Origin: a virus
IMG/VR virus record: IMGVR_UViG_3300025853_000057
Coordinates: 12,565 to 76,564 of that record
DNA: 64,000 nt
Strand: one strand, 5' to 3'
The notes beneath the pieces are model-generated. The model was not told the DNA's origin. It searched no databases and saw only the letters and a program-made list of their open reading frames with translations. Below, in pieces: positions 29,341-40,132 of this stretch; the first letter of the stretch is position 1, and the number at the start of each line of letters is the position of its first letter. Made by a program: the position numbers and the translations under genes.

Positions 29341-32300
29341 CTATTTTATTTCTGTGTAAGTACCATCAGGATTTTTCTTATATCTTCTACCATCATCTGT
29401 TTCAATAATATTCTCATAAGTAGCAAGTCCTGAAGGAGCTAATTTAGGAATTAATTGCCCATTTACCACATCATATCCTATTATGCTAAAATCACCTGTT
29501 TTCATGCTATTAACAATCATATCTTGCATTCGTTTAGCTCCCATGTCTTTAGAAAATCCTTGGACATTACTACCTATACCTTCTGCTCCTTTCATACCTA
29601 GCTGCCATCTGTTAGCTATAGATTGGTCTTTAAGTAAAGCATTCTTTTCAGCTTGTGCAGCAGCTAATTGAGCTTCTTGGTTAGCAATGCCAATGTTACT
29701 AGTATCTATACCATATCTAGTTTTAGCTAAAGCCTCTCCTAAGTTCATAGCCATACTAGGACTAGCTACTGCCATATTAGATAAATAAGAACCTTGTGTA
29801 GGTGCACCTCTTCTAAAGCCCTCTCTAGTATTAGCTAAAGCTTGGTTACCAGCAGCTTGTTGTAAAGCTACAGGAGTATAATCATACCTTTGAAGTTTAG
29901 GAGCAGCAGTATAAGTAGGGTCTGGAGCAAAAGCAGCAGCAGCTATATTACTTAGAGGCCCTACCATAGAACCTGCTGCACCAGCAATGTAAGTATCCAT
30001 AGGAGATTTATAATCTTTAGGGCCTTTTAAAGTAGGCTTACGTTTTTGTGGTTTTTCAAAAGAAAGAGCTTTAAATTCTTCTAAAGAAGGGCCTTTAACA
30101 GTATAATCTAAAGAAGTAGGTATTTTTATAGGCTGCGAAGTAGGTATTTTTATAGGCTGCATTAATGAGCTAGATTGATTACTATTTTTACTAAAGTACT
30201 GGGGAGCAAAAGCTTTAACTTCATTTACTCTCTTAGTCCACTCAGGTAAATTAGTATTAGCTCCTGTTGTATTCCTATAACTTCTAATTTTTTCAGCAGC
30301 AAATGGGTCATTTAAAGCATCACCCATTGCCATAACATCAGCACCATATTTTCCCCAAGCTTCGTCTACTTTAGCAGGGTCTAATTTCCCTTGTGAATAC
30401 ATTTGAAGTTTTTGTTCAGGAGTTAACTTCCCGGCTGCTACCATCATAGATGCTCTAGGGTCTTCACTATTAAAAGCAAAATCAAAAGCCATAGCTTGTT
30501 GTGAATCAGGCATTTCATAAAGACCATATTTATTAAAATATTGATTTATACCAGCATTAATAGCTTGATTTCTACCTTCTTCAGTGTTAGCATATTGTGT
30601 GGCTCCAGGTTGTGTAAATCCATAATTAGAGTAACCTAATCTAGTTTCTCGGTCTAAAGTATTACCTACAATATCATATATTCTATCATAGTCATCAGGA
30701 GTTGATACTTTTTCTGTAGAATACATATTTTCAGGAACTAAATTTCCTTGATTTTGCTGAGGAAACAACTTATCACCCATTTGTTTAATTACTCTGCCTC
30801 CATATCTCATCATACCAGGGGGTTGAGCTTGTGGAGGCATTTGCTGTTGCATAGCAGGTTGTTGTTGTCCTTGCATTTGTTGGGCTACCATTTCTACTAT
30901 TTGAACAGCTTGCTGTTGTGGTACTCCCATTTCAATTAACTTTCCTACAACTTGCTCAGGTGCTACATTTTGTTGCAGCATTTGTGCTACTTGCTGAATA
31001 ATCTGCTGTGCAGCTTCTTCTTGACCTCCACCTTGTTGTGGCATTTGTTGTGGTTGCATCATGTCTCCTCCCATTTGGTAGTAACCTCCATCTTCTTTTG
31101 CAAAATTTCTAGCAAAGTTAGCTTTTTTTCTCATAGCTGGGGAGTACTTACCTTCAGGTGCATTTAAAATAGTACTAGCTGCTTCTTGTACACCCATACC
31201 CATTTTAGAAGCTTGGGCTTTAAAAGTACCTCTTTTAGAAGGGTCTATATGAATACCACCTTGAGCATACATCATAGGGCCACCATAGTTATACATAGCA
31301 GGTTCCATATCCATATAACCACCATCTTCCCAAGTAGCTCTAGCATAAGCTCTAAAGTATGGATTCTTAGCTAAGTTCTTTTTATGTCTAGCGTAGAAAG
31401 CTTTCTTACCATATTTAGATTTACCTCTTTCTCCTAGCTTAGGGTCACCAAAGTATTTCTTAGTTCCATCAGGACCAGTAACTACGTGAGTTTTTCCTTT
31501 TCTGTCATTAGACCTTCTAACAGTATAACCACCTTTTCCATACTCCATAGTATCATCATAATCCATATATCCACCTACTTCCATATTAGATTTAATTTTT
31601 GCCTGTACATATTCAGGCAAAGCTCTAAAGCCAGGATTATCAAAACTACCACCTTCAGCATAGTAACCACCATAAGCTTTTTCAGCAGCTTTAATCTTAC
31701 GTTCTTGCTCAAGCATTTGCTTAGTAGGTTTTTTACCACTACCTCTATTAGCTCTGATGTTATCCCATAAGCCTCTTCTAGAATAAGAGCCATCAGCTCT
31801 TTTAATCATTTGACCACCTCTTGCCATTTTTTCTTCTACAAAAGGTGCTTGTGTTTGTATAGGCTGGTCTACTAACATTTGTTGAGAACCATCAGCACCT
31901 GTAACCATTATAGGGTCATTATTATTTGTAGGAACTACTTGTGTAGGTCCACTGCCAGGAAAAGCAATACTATTAGCATCAGGATACATATTATATCCAG
32001 CTTGTTGTTCTTCAGGTGAAGCTGCTACAACATTCTTTTGCTCTTCTAATTGCCTGTCTATATTATGGGCTTTAATAAGCTTCTTCATCTCACTATCTAT
32101 GAAATTTAAGGTAAGCTTATCATTAGGACGAAGTTTATCTCCTCCCTGTTTTTTAATAGCTTTACTTATGTCTGCATAAGATTTACCAGCATACTTTTCA
32201 GAAATACCTGCTTCTCTTAAAGCTGTTTTAGAGGCTTTAATTTTTTCAGACATTACATAGTTTTCTGGAGTGTAAATAGTTTCAGGACCTTCTACTTCTA

Positions 32301-34416
32301 CATCTGGGCCTTGACCATTATTAGGTAAAGTAACACCACCTTCTGCATGTGAAGGGCCTCCTATTTCTGTTAAACCTAAGTTTTGATTTAACATTTGCCC
32401 TCCTTGTTGATATCTAAATCTGCCTCCTCTAGAAGCCATAAATGTTTTCATATCTTTAAAATTACCCATTAATCCTGGAATTTGTTGTATAGCTTGTCCA
32501 ACAGCATCTCCTTCAGGGCTTCCTGAGAAACCTGAAACTGCTTTACCTGCTCCTTTTACAGATTGAGTTACTGCTTGCTCAGGGGATGCTATACCTAAAG
32601 CTGCACCACCTATAGCACCTACTGCATTACCTACACCTGCATAACCTTGTTGTTGTTGTGCAGCTTCTCCTGTAGTTCCTGCTGCTCCTTGTAGAGCTTT
32701 AAAGCCCATATCTGTAAGCTCATCAGTAGCTCCCTTTGTAGCAGCATCTAATAAACCTTCACCTACACCATATAAACCTGCCATAACATCTTCAAACACA
32801 GAAGGCTCATCTACAGCACCTCTTCTCATTCTATCTCTGTTTAAGAATGAAGCACTAGTAGGTGTAGTTAAAGAACCACCCCTTTCTTTTTTATTTTTTC
32901 CTTTAAGATAGTTTGATTTTACCGCATATTCAGGAGTTGTTCCATATTTATTATAAAAATCTCTATCTGTATATATTATTTCTTTACCATCTTCAATTAC
33001 TGACCACCTAGTTCCATCTTTTGTCCCTATCATTGTGGGTGTTGGAACAGTAAATTGTTGTGGTTCATAATCACTAGAAGTAGGTTTTTGATTAGTAGAA
33101 CTTTGATAAGTTTCCCAAGCAGCTTGTGAGTTAGGACCCCATATACCATCTATTTTACCTGTATATAATCCAGCTTCTTTTAATAGTTCTTGTTTTTTAG
33201 CATTTTCATATTCTTTAGTACTTTTTATAATTACTTTTTGTGCTGGTTTTTTAAAGAAAGGGTATGTTGCTCTATTTCCTTTATTTTCATAAGACTCCCA
33301 TGTTGGGTTATTTGTATTTGATTGTGGATACTCTACATTTATATGTCTTAAATGTCCAGATTTATTAACAGCATCAATAACTGCATTTTTATAAATAAGA
33401 CTTTTATTATGCAAATCTAAACTATCTGCATAAGCTTGATACCTTTCCATTCCTGCTGGGTCATTAGGGTCTACATACATAGTAGGTCTGCCACCTCTTT
33501 GAAGTTTTATTCTACCACCTAATTCTTTAAAACTATCATATCCTTCTTGTATAGATTTATCTTTAGCTTTTTGTACACTAGTTCTAAAGCTTTTCCTATT
33601 TCCTGGAACTTCTACATTTTTATGGCCTTGTAACCATAAATCTTCTAATGATAGCCTACCCTCAGCATAATCTTTAAGTACTGCTCTTGACTGAGATAGA
33701 TTTATTAAAAATAAAACATATTGCTGTCTTGGAGAAAGTTCAGTTGCAGATTTAGCTTTTAGTATCTCAGGGTCAGGTTTAAGCTTTAATTTATTAGCTA
33801 CTATTTTATATCTATTTTGAGCAGTCTCTAAAGAATCGTTTTCAAACTGAAATATACCTCTTCCTGGACCACCTCCATGTTGTAGTTGTCCAGGGTCCAT
33901 TGTACCAGCAGATTCATGGTAACCAATAGTATCAGCCGTTCTTCCCCAGAAATCTCTAGTACCACCTCTAGTATCTACTAAAAAATCTAATGAGTTTTCT
34001 AAATCTAAAACGTCAGATTTTTTCTTTTCTTCATATTGAGCTTTTTGTAATTCACCACCTGTTTGTTTTTTATCTACATATTGTAATTGGTTATCTCCAA
34101 AGTAACCTTCAACATTTGGAACTACATCAAAACGTCTATTGTTTTCTGGATTTAGTGCATAACCTTGCATGTACTCCATCCAAGCTGTAGGGTGTTGTTT
34201 AGATTTTAACCACATACCATTAGTACTATCTACTGATGGCCAATGACCTGTTTCATCTGGGGTATAACCTAACTCTAATGCTTTCTGCATGTTGTAAGTA
34301 CCACCACCCTGCATAACAACAGGATTAAGACCTAGAGCTTTCCTAAAAGACATCTCTCCAGGATAATCAGATTCCTTTTTCCTTCTAACAGGTTTTTTAA
34401 TTCTTTTCTTAGCCAT
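29341..34416 (-). CDS. modular virion cargo polyprotein with xxGG-delimited modules (lysozyme-like, PG-binding, GH108-like, basic peptides, Gln/Met-rich)
   Basis: 1691 aa; HES...GPGRGIFQFE; LYTGKIDGIWGPNS; GPSHAEGG; NYGFT...PDSQQAMAFDFAFNS...WTKRV; about 18 xxxGG motifs. Confidence 0.7.
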   Translation of the reverse strand: MAKKRIKKPVRRKKESDYPGEMSFRKALGLNPVVMQGGGTYNMQKALELGYTPDETGHWPSVDSTNGMWLKSKQHPTAWMEYMQGYALNPENNRRFDVVPNVEGYFGDNQLQYVDKKQTGGELQKAQYEEKKKSDVLDLENSLDFLVDTRGGTRDFWGRTADTIGYHESAGTMDPGQLQHGGGPGRGIFQFENDSLETAQNRYKIVANKLKLKPDPEILKAKSATELSPRQQYVLFLINLSQSRAVLKDYAEGRLSLEDLWLQGHKNVEVPGNRKSFRTSVQKAKDKSIQEGYDSFKELGGRIKLQRGGRPTMYVDPNDPAGMERYQAYADSLDLHNKSLIYKNAVIDAVNKSGHLRHINVEYPQSNTNNPTWESYENKGNRATYPFFKKPAQKVIIKSTKEYENAKKQELLKEAGLYTGKIDGIWGPNSQAAWETYQSSTNQKPTSSDYEPQQFTVPTPTMIGTKDGTRWSVIEDGKEIIYTDRDFYNKYGTTPEYAVKSNYLKGKNKKERGGSLTTPTSASFLNRDRMRRGAVDEPSVFEDVMAGLYGVGEGLLDAATKGATDELTDMGFKALQGAAGTTGEAAQQQQGYAGVGNAVGAIGGAALGIASPEQAVTQSVKGAGKAVSGFSGSPEGDAVGQAIQQIPGLMGNFKDMKTFMASRGGRFRYQQGGQMLNQNLGLTEIGGPSHAEGGVTLPNNGQGPDVEVEGPETIYTPENYVMSEKIKASKTALREAGISEKYAGKSYADISKAIKKQGGDKLRPNDKLTLNFIDSEMKKLIKAHNIDRQLEEQKNVVAASPEEQQAGYNMYPDANSIAFPGSGPTQVVPTNNNDPIMVTGADGSQQMLVDQPIQTQAPFVEEKMARGGQMIKRADGSYSRRGLWDNIRANRGSGKKPTKQMLEQERKIKAAEKAYGGYYAEGGSFDNPGFRALPEYVQAKIKSNMEVGGYMDYDDTMEYGKGGYTVRRSNDRKGKTHVVTGPDGTKKYFGDPKLGERGKSKYGKKAFYARHKKNLAKNPYFRAYARATWEDGGYMDMEPAMYNYGGPMMYAQGGIHIDPSKRGTFKAQASKMGMGVQEAASTILNAPEGKYSPAMRKKANFARNFAKEDGGYYQMGGDMMQPQQMPQQGGGQEEAAQQIIQQVAQMLQQNVAPEQVVGKLIEMGVPQQQAVQIVEMVAQQMQGQQQPAMQQQMPPQAQPPGMMRYGGRVIKQMGDKLFPQQNQGNLVPENMYSTEKVSTPDDYDRIYDIVGNTLDRETRLGYSNYGFTQPGATQYANTEEGRNQAINAGINQYFNKYGLYEMPDSQQAMAFDFAFNSEDPRASMMVAAGKLTPEQKLQMYSQGKLDPAKVDEAWGKYGADVMAMGDALNDPFAAEKIRSYRNTTGANTNLPEWTKRVNEVKAFAPQYFSKNSNQSSSLMQPIKIPTSQPIKIPTSLDYTVKGPSLEEFKALSFEKPQKRKPTLKGPKDYKSPMDTYIAGAAGSMVGPLSNIAAAAFAPDPTYTAAPKLQRYDYTPVALQQAAGNQALANTREGFRRGAPTQGSYLSNMAVASPSMAMNLGEALAKTRYGIDTSNIGIANQEAQLAAAQAEKNALLKDQSIANRWQLGMKGAEGIGSNVQGFSKDMGAKRMQDMIVNSMKTGDFSIIGYDVVNGQLIPKLAPSGLATYENIIETDDGRRYKKNPDGTYTEIK
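30113..30160. repeat. perfect 24-nt tandem duplication (QPIKIPTS x2)
   Basis: gaagtaggtatttttataggctgc occurs twice head to tail. Confidence 0.95.
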
Positions 34417-37400
34417 TAGAATACACTTAAAGTGACATTAGTATTAAAAGCATTTAACCTAAAGTTCCTGTTATTAGAATTGTTATAGAAGACTTTAATC
34501 TTAACATAAACATCCCTAAGATAAGGCTTTATAGGCAATGGACTATTGTAATCATTAATCATATTAATTCTCCAAGTTCTTTCTCTTCTTACTACATTTT
34601 GTTGTGGAGTAAGAAGGGTTAAGGAGTTTTGAGTACTTTGGTAATCATTGTAAAGCAAGATTCCTGTTATAGTCTCTAAAGGAATATCTATACCATTATT
34701 ATCAAATACCTCTGTCCAAAACTCTAATGTATCAATACGAAAAGTAGGAAGTTTAGTTGCATCTGGGAAGTTAACAATAAACTCAGCTTCAGATGTTGTA
34801 GGATTTTTACCATAAAATTTACCATAATCTCCTTCATTATGTAAATAGACAGAATTGCTGGTATCAAAAGGATTAGCAGAAAGTAGTCTTTTACCAGTAG
34901 GAAGATATAGGTTAGGAGTAAAAGTATAAAAGGATTCAAAAGCTTGAAGCATCTCATTAAACCCTATGGTAAATTTGTAAGTAATAGCTTGCTTGTTTTG
35001 AAGAGCTGTTATAGTACCACTTACTACACTAACAGCTAAAGTAGTCTGGTTAATAGATTCTACCTTATATACATTGTTTCCTATATAGAATATATCACCT
35101 TTATTTAGAACTTGTATAGAAGATGGTGATACATTGGTCATAGTATATATAGTAGGGCTACCTGCACTTATGGAAAAAGTATCAAAGTTTATAGCTATCT
35201 TATTAAGAAAAGTCATGTAAGCCTTATTGTATACACTATCATAAACTCCATGTATACCGTTATTAAGTAAAACTTTATCTGTATCTAATATATCTCCTTC
35301 TAATTTCTTTCTAAAGAAGGCAGAAAGTCCTTTAACATCAGATAAACTTTCTAACATAGGACCTGCTTTAGATTCACCAATACGAAAGAATCTTTTAATC
35401 CTAGAATCAAAGAAATACACAGCTCCAGGCCCTGTTATTACAGAGTGTTGATGGAAGCAGCCATATTCTTTTGATAAGTAATCATATCTAGCTAGTATAG
35501 TACCTGTACCTACTTGAAAGATAGCTCCAGTAGCAGAATCAGGCAAAGCTGTTTGTTCTTGTGAACTTACTATAGATACTCCTCTGTCTTGCAGAGTAAA
35601 AAGTCTTTCTTTAAGATTGGTTATTTTATTTATAGGCCCATAATTACCTTCTAATGGAAGATAATTATTTACTAAGTATCTTCTCCAATTATCCTGTATT
35701 TCTCTATCAAATTTTTCTTCAGATACCCACACCCAATTAGGATGTTCTTCATCTGTTAAAAAGTTAAAAGGTCTAGGAAAGTATTTCTTAATATTGTTTT
35801 CTTGAGAGTATGCTCTATTATATTCAGGAGCCTCAGCTAAGAATTTAGCAAATTCAGGCCCAGCAGCTCCAGCAGCAATGTTTTGTATAGTAGCTGTAGT
35901 GTCTGAAGTAAAAACTTGCTCATTATTCCATAAATCCCCATGTCTGTAGGCTATGTTAAACTCTGTTTCACAAGGGAAGCAGATAGCTAAAGCAGACATT
36001 CTTGTAGAAGCAGGGTCATAAATAGCTCCTAATCCAGAGGCAGATGCTATAGTTCCAGAAGAAGGATAGCTATAATCTTCTTTCCAATGGAAGAAAGTTA
36101 AAGTAGTATCGTAGTAGCTAGTGTAAATATCCCCATTATACACTTTAATAGATTGTGTAGAGGCTACTATATCTATAGGAAAGAAGTCAGATGCTGCTAT
36201 ATATTCATTGTTATATCTAGAAGCTCTCCAAGGCCCCCCATATTGTCCAGTATTATACCTACATAAAGCTACTATTCTAAAGTAGGGGTCTTTAGTAGTT
36301 TCATTATATAGAGGGTAATCTATATGACTATTATTAAAAGGAGTATCAGGTAATTGACAACTGCCTCCAAATCTACAGAATAAAGACTTAGTACCAAATG
36401 ATGATAACTCAAAGTCGGCATTACTTTTAAAACACTCAATACCTATATGATGGTAATCTAAAGCTAACATAGTAGGAGAGAAGCTAGAAGGTATAATACC
36501 TTCAATATCTACTTCTTGTTGGTTTAGTAGGGTTACTATATTTCTACCATTATCAAATACTGAAGTATATTTAACTAAGAAAGCTCCTGAAGCTTTAGTG
36601 TTATTATCTACATAATCTGCCCAATAGCATACTCCTTGATTAAAAAGCTCTCTACCAGTAGAATCATTTACCCCTGTATAATAAGTATCAGCATCAGCTC
36701 CAGGTGGAGGGCCAGGAACAGTAGGTAAATCTCTAGAAAAAGAATAAAGAGATAACAGCTTTATATGCGTAGCATCATTAGTTTGATACTCATTAAAATC
36801 TAGTTCAGGGAATTTTATAATTCCTAATGAGTTTTCCCTAGTTACTCTAGTAGCAGCAGTAGTATCTCCATGTTCTCCTGGAACACCATAAATATAACCA
36901 AGACCTGTTTCTCCTTCACTAAAATCATTGTTTATAAAATGAACTGGGGAGTTATGGTTTGAGTCAGCAAAAGAAGCTAAAGATAAACAATCAGCTTTAT
37001 CTCCATTTATACGTACTCTACTTCTTAAGGCTCCAAATAAAGCTCCAGTGCCTAGTCTAGTTTTATCTTTCTTTTGTCTTTCTACTCTTACTACTCTAAA
37101 TCCTGTAATATCAGAAGGTAGATTAGTAAAAGTGAATTCTATACCAATAGACTTAGTATTAATTCTTTTATCTCCTGCACCATCATCTAGGTATTCTGAT
37201 AAGTCAAATGCATCTAAATCTCCAGCAGGAGCCTCCCAAGGTTCAGGTATTCTAATATCTGAAATCCATTTAATAAAGGATTCTTCTCCCTTGTCATTGT
37301 AAAATACTACACCATACCTATAAACTTCTCCTCTAGCATGACCTGCATATACTGTAGACCTTAATGGATTTTTATATCCAGACCATCCATCTTGAGGATA

Positions 37401-39176
37401 TGCAAATCCTGCTAAAGAAGGAGTTCCTAAGTTATCAGAACCACTGCTAGTATTTAGATTATTAACAAAAGGAGAGTTTATTAAGTTATAATTCTTTAAG
37501 TTAGTAGAAGCAACAGTACCATTAAATGCAAAATCCATAGTACTGTCTGCTCTTAAAGATTGTGTAACAAACTTATAAGATACATTAGCTCCTTCACCTC
37601 CTATAGTAACTCCATCTTCTTGAAACTTAGATTGGTGGCTATTCAACCAGTTATCATAGTTTCCTCCAGGTACTAATCCAAAGATAGTGCCTGATTCATC
37701 ATTATAAGCATTTACTGCATCTTCGTCATCATCTAATGCATGAAGAGCAGTTATATCAGCAGGAATGGTAGCATCAAAGTCTTGAAAGCTGCCATCTCTA
37801 GAATAAAGTCTACAAAGTTGGGATGAATTAAATCTGTAGGCTCTAGCCTCATAATCTAAATCAAATGTTCTAGACCTAGTGTTAGCAGGATATAACCTAT
37901 TTTTCTTTTGTGTAAAGGTTTTAACTCTATCAAAAAAGATTAAAGGATTTACAAATTCTTCTACACTAATAGCTATTTTATCCTCACCTCCTGTTATAGT
38001 AAAAGACATTGAGTCTCCATCAATAGGAAGGTCAAACACAGCATTTATAGTAGGTACATTTTCTACTTGATACTGTACTAAAACTACTCTAATAAAATCA
38101 TATTTTAAGTCAATATGATTAATAGTAGTTTGTATAGATTTACCTGATATAGTACCTACAGGTGCACCTTCATAGTTAGCATACTGATTAGAAGATATAA
38201 CAGAATCTGTAAGAGGTACTAATTTACTTACAGGAGCATAAGCTGTTATAGCACCATCATTACTGTAAAGCTGGTAGGAAATTTGATATGTACCTACTTC
38301 TAGTAATCCTCCTGCAAGCACTCCTTCAATAATAGGAGTACTCATATCTACTGAAGGCTTCCAATCTAAAAGCTCTTTAGGAACAGCAGGACATTGAGGA
38401 TTATAAACATTTAATGCTCTAGGATGATTATAATTATCAGTCCAATAGAAAGTACCTCGTAAGGAAGACTCTTTTCTGCCTAGTGCTTCTCTATAAACCT
38501 CATGGGCTAAAGAAAAATCTAAAATGTTGTTATATTTTAAATGCTCAGATGCAACCAAAGAAGTACCTGATGCCCCTATAATAGATTCTGTAGAATCATC
38601 GTACTGCAATACCCATACTTGGCCAGCAGTATTAGAAGGTGTTTCAGATGTATTGGTATTACTTGTAGTAAGAAGAATAATTTCTTCTTCTAAGGTTCCC
38701 CATCCTATAATGGAAAGATTAGATTGTGCAGTTACTACAGTAGCTACTGCTAAACTTCCTGAAGTTACAGAAGGGCTAGGATTTAAAGAATATCCTTGTA
38801 TTACTACTTCTTGAGAGTTATAATAAACTCCATACTCTCCTGCTGCTATATCTGCTGCTATAGTAGCATTAGCAATTATAGCGTCATAAACATCAATAGG
38901 GTCAGTAGTAGCAGCTAAAGAAATATTTACATTAGTGCCATTTATTACAAGTACTGCATTTGTACTACCAGTAATAGTAATGGAATAAAAAGGCTGAATA
39001 TCAGGAATACTAAACTCTAGCTTATTTCCTTTATGATTAGAAATAATACCAGTAGACTGTCCTGTATTTGTAACTAAATCTATATCTAAAGCATTGAATA
39101 AATGCTGGTTATCATTATTAGATATAGATAAATCTTGGTTTAAACCTTTTATATATGAACTTGTAATCTTAGGCAT
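34416..39176 (-). CDS. tail hub/stabilization (muzzle-like) protein
   Basis: 1586 aa; KGLNQD start, YWTDNYN, GEVYRYGVVFY, YGPINKI, RRERTWR; position typical of crAss-like phages. Confidence 0.75.
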   Translation of the reverse strand: MPKITSSYIKGLNQDLSISNNDNQHLFNALDIDLVTNTGQSTGIISNHKGNKLEFSIPDIQPFYSITITGSTNAVLVINGTNVNISLAATTDPIDVYDAIIANATIAADIAAGEYGVYYNSQEVVIQGYSLNPSPSVTSGSLAVATVVTAQSNLSIIGWGTLEEEIILLTTSNTNTSETPSNTAGQVWVLQYDDSTESIIGASGTSLVASEHLKYNNILDFSLAHEVYREALGRKESSLRGTFYWTDNYNHPRALNVYNPQCPAVPKELLDWKPSVDMSTPIIEGVLAGGLLEVGTYQISYQLYSNDGAITAYAPVSKLVPLTDSVISSNQYANYEGAPVGTISGKSIQTTINHIDLKYDFIRVVLVQYQVENVPTINAVFDLPIDGDSMSFTITGGEDKIAISVEEFVNPLIFFDRVKTFTQKKNRLYPANTRSRTFDLDYEARAYRFNSSQLCRLYSRDGSFQDFDATIPADITALHALDDDEDAVNAYNDESGTIFGLVPGGNYDNWLNSHQSKFQEDGVTIGGEGANVSYKFVTQSLRADSTMDFAFNGTVASTNLKNYNLINSPFVNNLNTSSGSDNLGTPSLAGFAYPQDGWSGYKNPLRSTVYAGHARGEVYRYGVVFYNDKGEESFIKWISDIRIPEPWEAPAGDLDAFDLSEYLDDGAGDKRINTKSIGIEFTFTNLPSDITGFRVVRVERQKKDKTRLGTGALFGALRSRVRINGDKADCLSLASFADSNHNSPVHFINNDFSEGETGLGYIYGVPGEHGDTTAATRVTRENSLGIIKFPELDFNEYQTNDATHIKLLSLYSFSRDLPTVPGPPPGADADTYYTGVNDSTGRELFNQGVCYWADYVDNNTKASGAFLVKYTSVFDNGRNIVTLLNQQEVDIEGIIPSSFSPTMLALDYHHIGIECFKSNADFELSSFGTKSLFCRFGGSCQLPDTPFNNSHIDYPLYNETTKDPYFRIVALCRYNTGQYGGPWRASRYNNEYIAASDFFPIDIVASTQSIKVYNGDIYTSYYDTTLTFFHWKEDYSYPSSGTIASASGLGAIYDPASTRMSALAICFPCETEFNIAYRHGDLWNNEQVFTSDTTATIQNIAAGAAGPEFAKFLAEAPEYNRAYSQENNIKKYFPRPFNFLTDEEHPNWVWVSEEKFDREIQDNWRRYLVNNYLPLEGNYGPINKITNLKERLFTLQDRGVSIVSSQEQTALPDSATGAIFQVGTGTILARYDYLSKEYGCFHQHSVITGPGAVYFFDSRIKRFFRIGESKAGPMLESLSDVKGLSAFFRKKLEGDILDTDKVLLNNGIHGVYDSVYNKAYMTFLNKIAINFDTFSISAGSPTIYTMTNVSPSSIQVLNKGDIFYIGNNVYKVESINQTTLAVSVVSGTITALQNKQAITYKFTIGFNEMLQAFESFYTFTPNLYLPTGKRLLSANPFDTSNSVYLHNEGDYGKFYGKNPTTSEAEFIVNFPDATKLPTFRIDTLEFWTEVFDNNGIDIPLETITGILLYNDYQSTQNSLTLLTPQQNVVRRERTWRINMINDYNSPLPIKPYLRDVYVKIKVFYNNSNNRNFRLNAFNTNVTLSVF

Positions 39177-39186
39177 TATACTAATT

Positions 39187-40131
39187 TTAATAAGCTAATC
39201 TACTGCTAAATCCTCCTAAAGTACTGACTCTAGGATGATTATACCTTTCTTCTGGATGCTGTAGATTACCAAAGAATCTCTTATGTTCAAATACTTTAGG
39301 AAGTGACCTAAGCCTTTGATTTTTGTAAGACTCCCATTCATCTAAATTCTTAGGCATCTTACCTTCATTCTTAGCTTTCTGATAATAAAGAGACAGGTAT
39401 CCTTTAAACTCTTCATACTTACCTTGAGTGTATTTATCTGTAAGATATAGCTGAAAAGCTATTTTATTACCTATATACCATGTAACATAATTAATTACAG
39501 ACTGGTTATCTGGAATCATAGGTAACCCATTTTCATCTGTAGGCACAGCTTTATAAGCCATAGCTACTTTGCCCTCTTTGAATGAGGTAAAAATGTAGTT
39601 ATTGTTTACAGTATAGGTTAAATCAGAGTTCATTCTGAAATCTATATCTGTACCATGGTATGTTTTATAAAAGGTATTGGTGTCCCAACGCATAGGCATA
39701 AAAGTATAGCACTTTTTATCAGAGCTTACTTTATTTGCATCATTTTGAGAACATACTAAAGAATTACATAAAGAAGTTCCATCTCCTACAGTACAAGTTT
39801 GGTCAGTATTATAATCTACATAGACGATACCTGAAACTATAGCTTTAGCAGTACTAGGATGTACCTCTACAGCACTAGCAGTTTGAGTGATAGAAAATAA
39901 GTCACAAGGAAGCTTTCCTCTACCATCTTCAATGTGAATAAAATCTTTATGGCCTAATTCTTTGTTACCATCTGTAACTTTATCTACATAGAAGCAAGGA
40001 ACTTTTAGCTCTCTTAAAGCTTCTCCTATCCATTCTAAAACATCGTTAAACTGTAAAGTATAGTCCCATCCAAAATCTCTGTACATTTTATCAATAACAG
40101 AGCTGGATGAAACCATTAATCCATTGTACAT
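39187..40131 (-). CDS. tail ring/tubular protein
   Basis: EWIGEAL, Y.VNNNYIFTSFKEGKV...Y...PTDENGLPMIPD motifs. Confidence 0.7.
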   Translation of the reverse strand: MYNGLMVSSSSVIDKMYRDFGWDYTLQFNDVLEWIGEALRELKVPCFYVDKVTDGNKELGHKDFIHIEDGRGKLPCDLFSITQTASAVEVHPSTAKAIVSGIVYVDYNTDQTCTVGDGTSLCNSLVCSQNDANKVSSDKKCYTFMPMRWDTNTFYKTYHGTDIDFRMNSDLTYTVNNNYIFTSFKEGKVAMAYKAVPTDENGLPMIPDNQSVINYVTWYIGNKIAFQLYLTDKYTQGKYEEFKGYLSLYYQKAKNEGKMPKNLDEWESYKNQRLRSLPKVFEHKRFFGNLQHPEERYNHPRVSTLGGFSSRLAY

Positions 40132-40132
40132 A

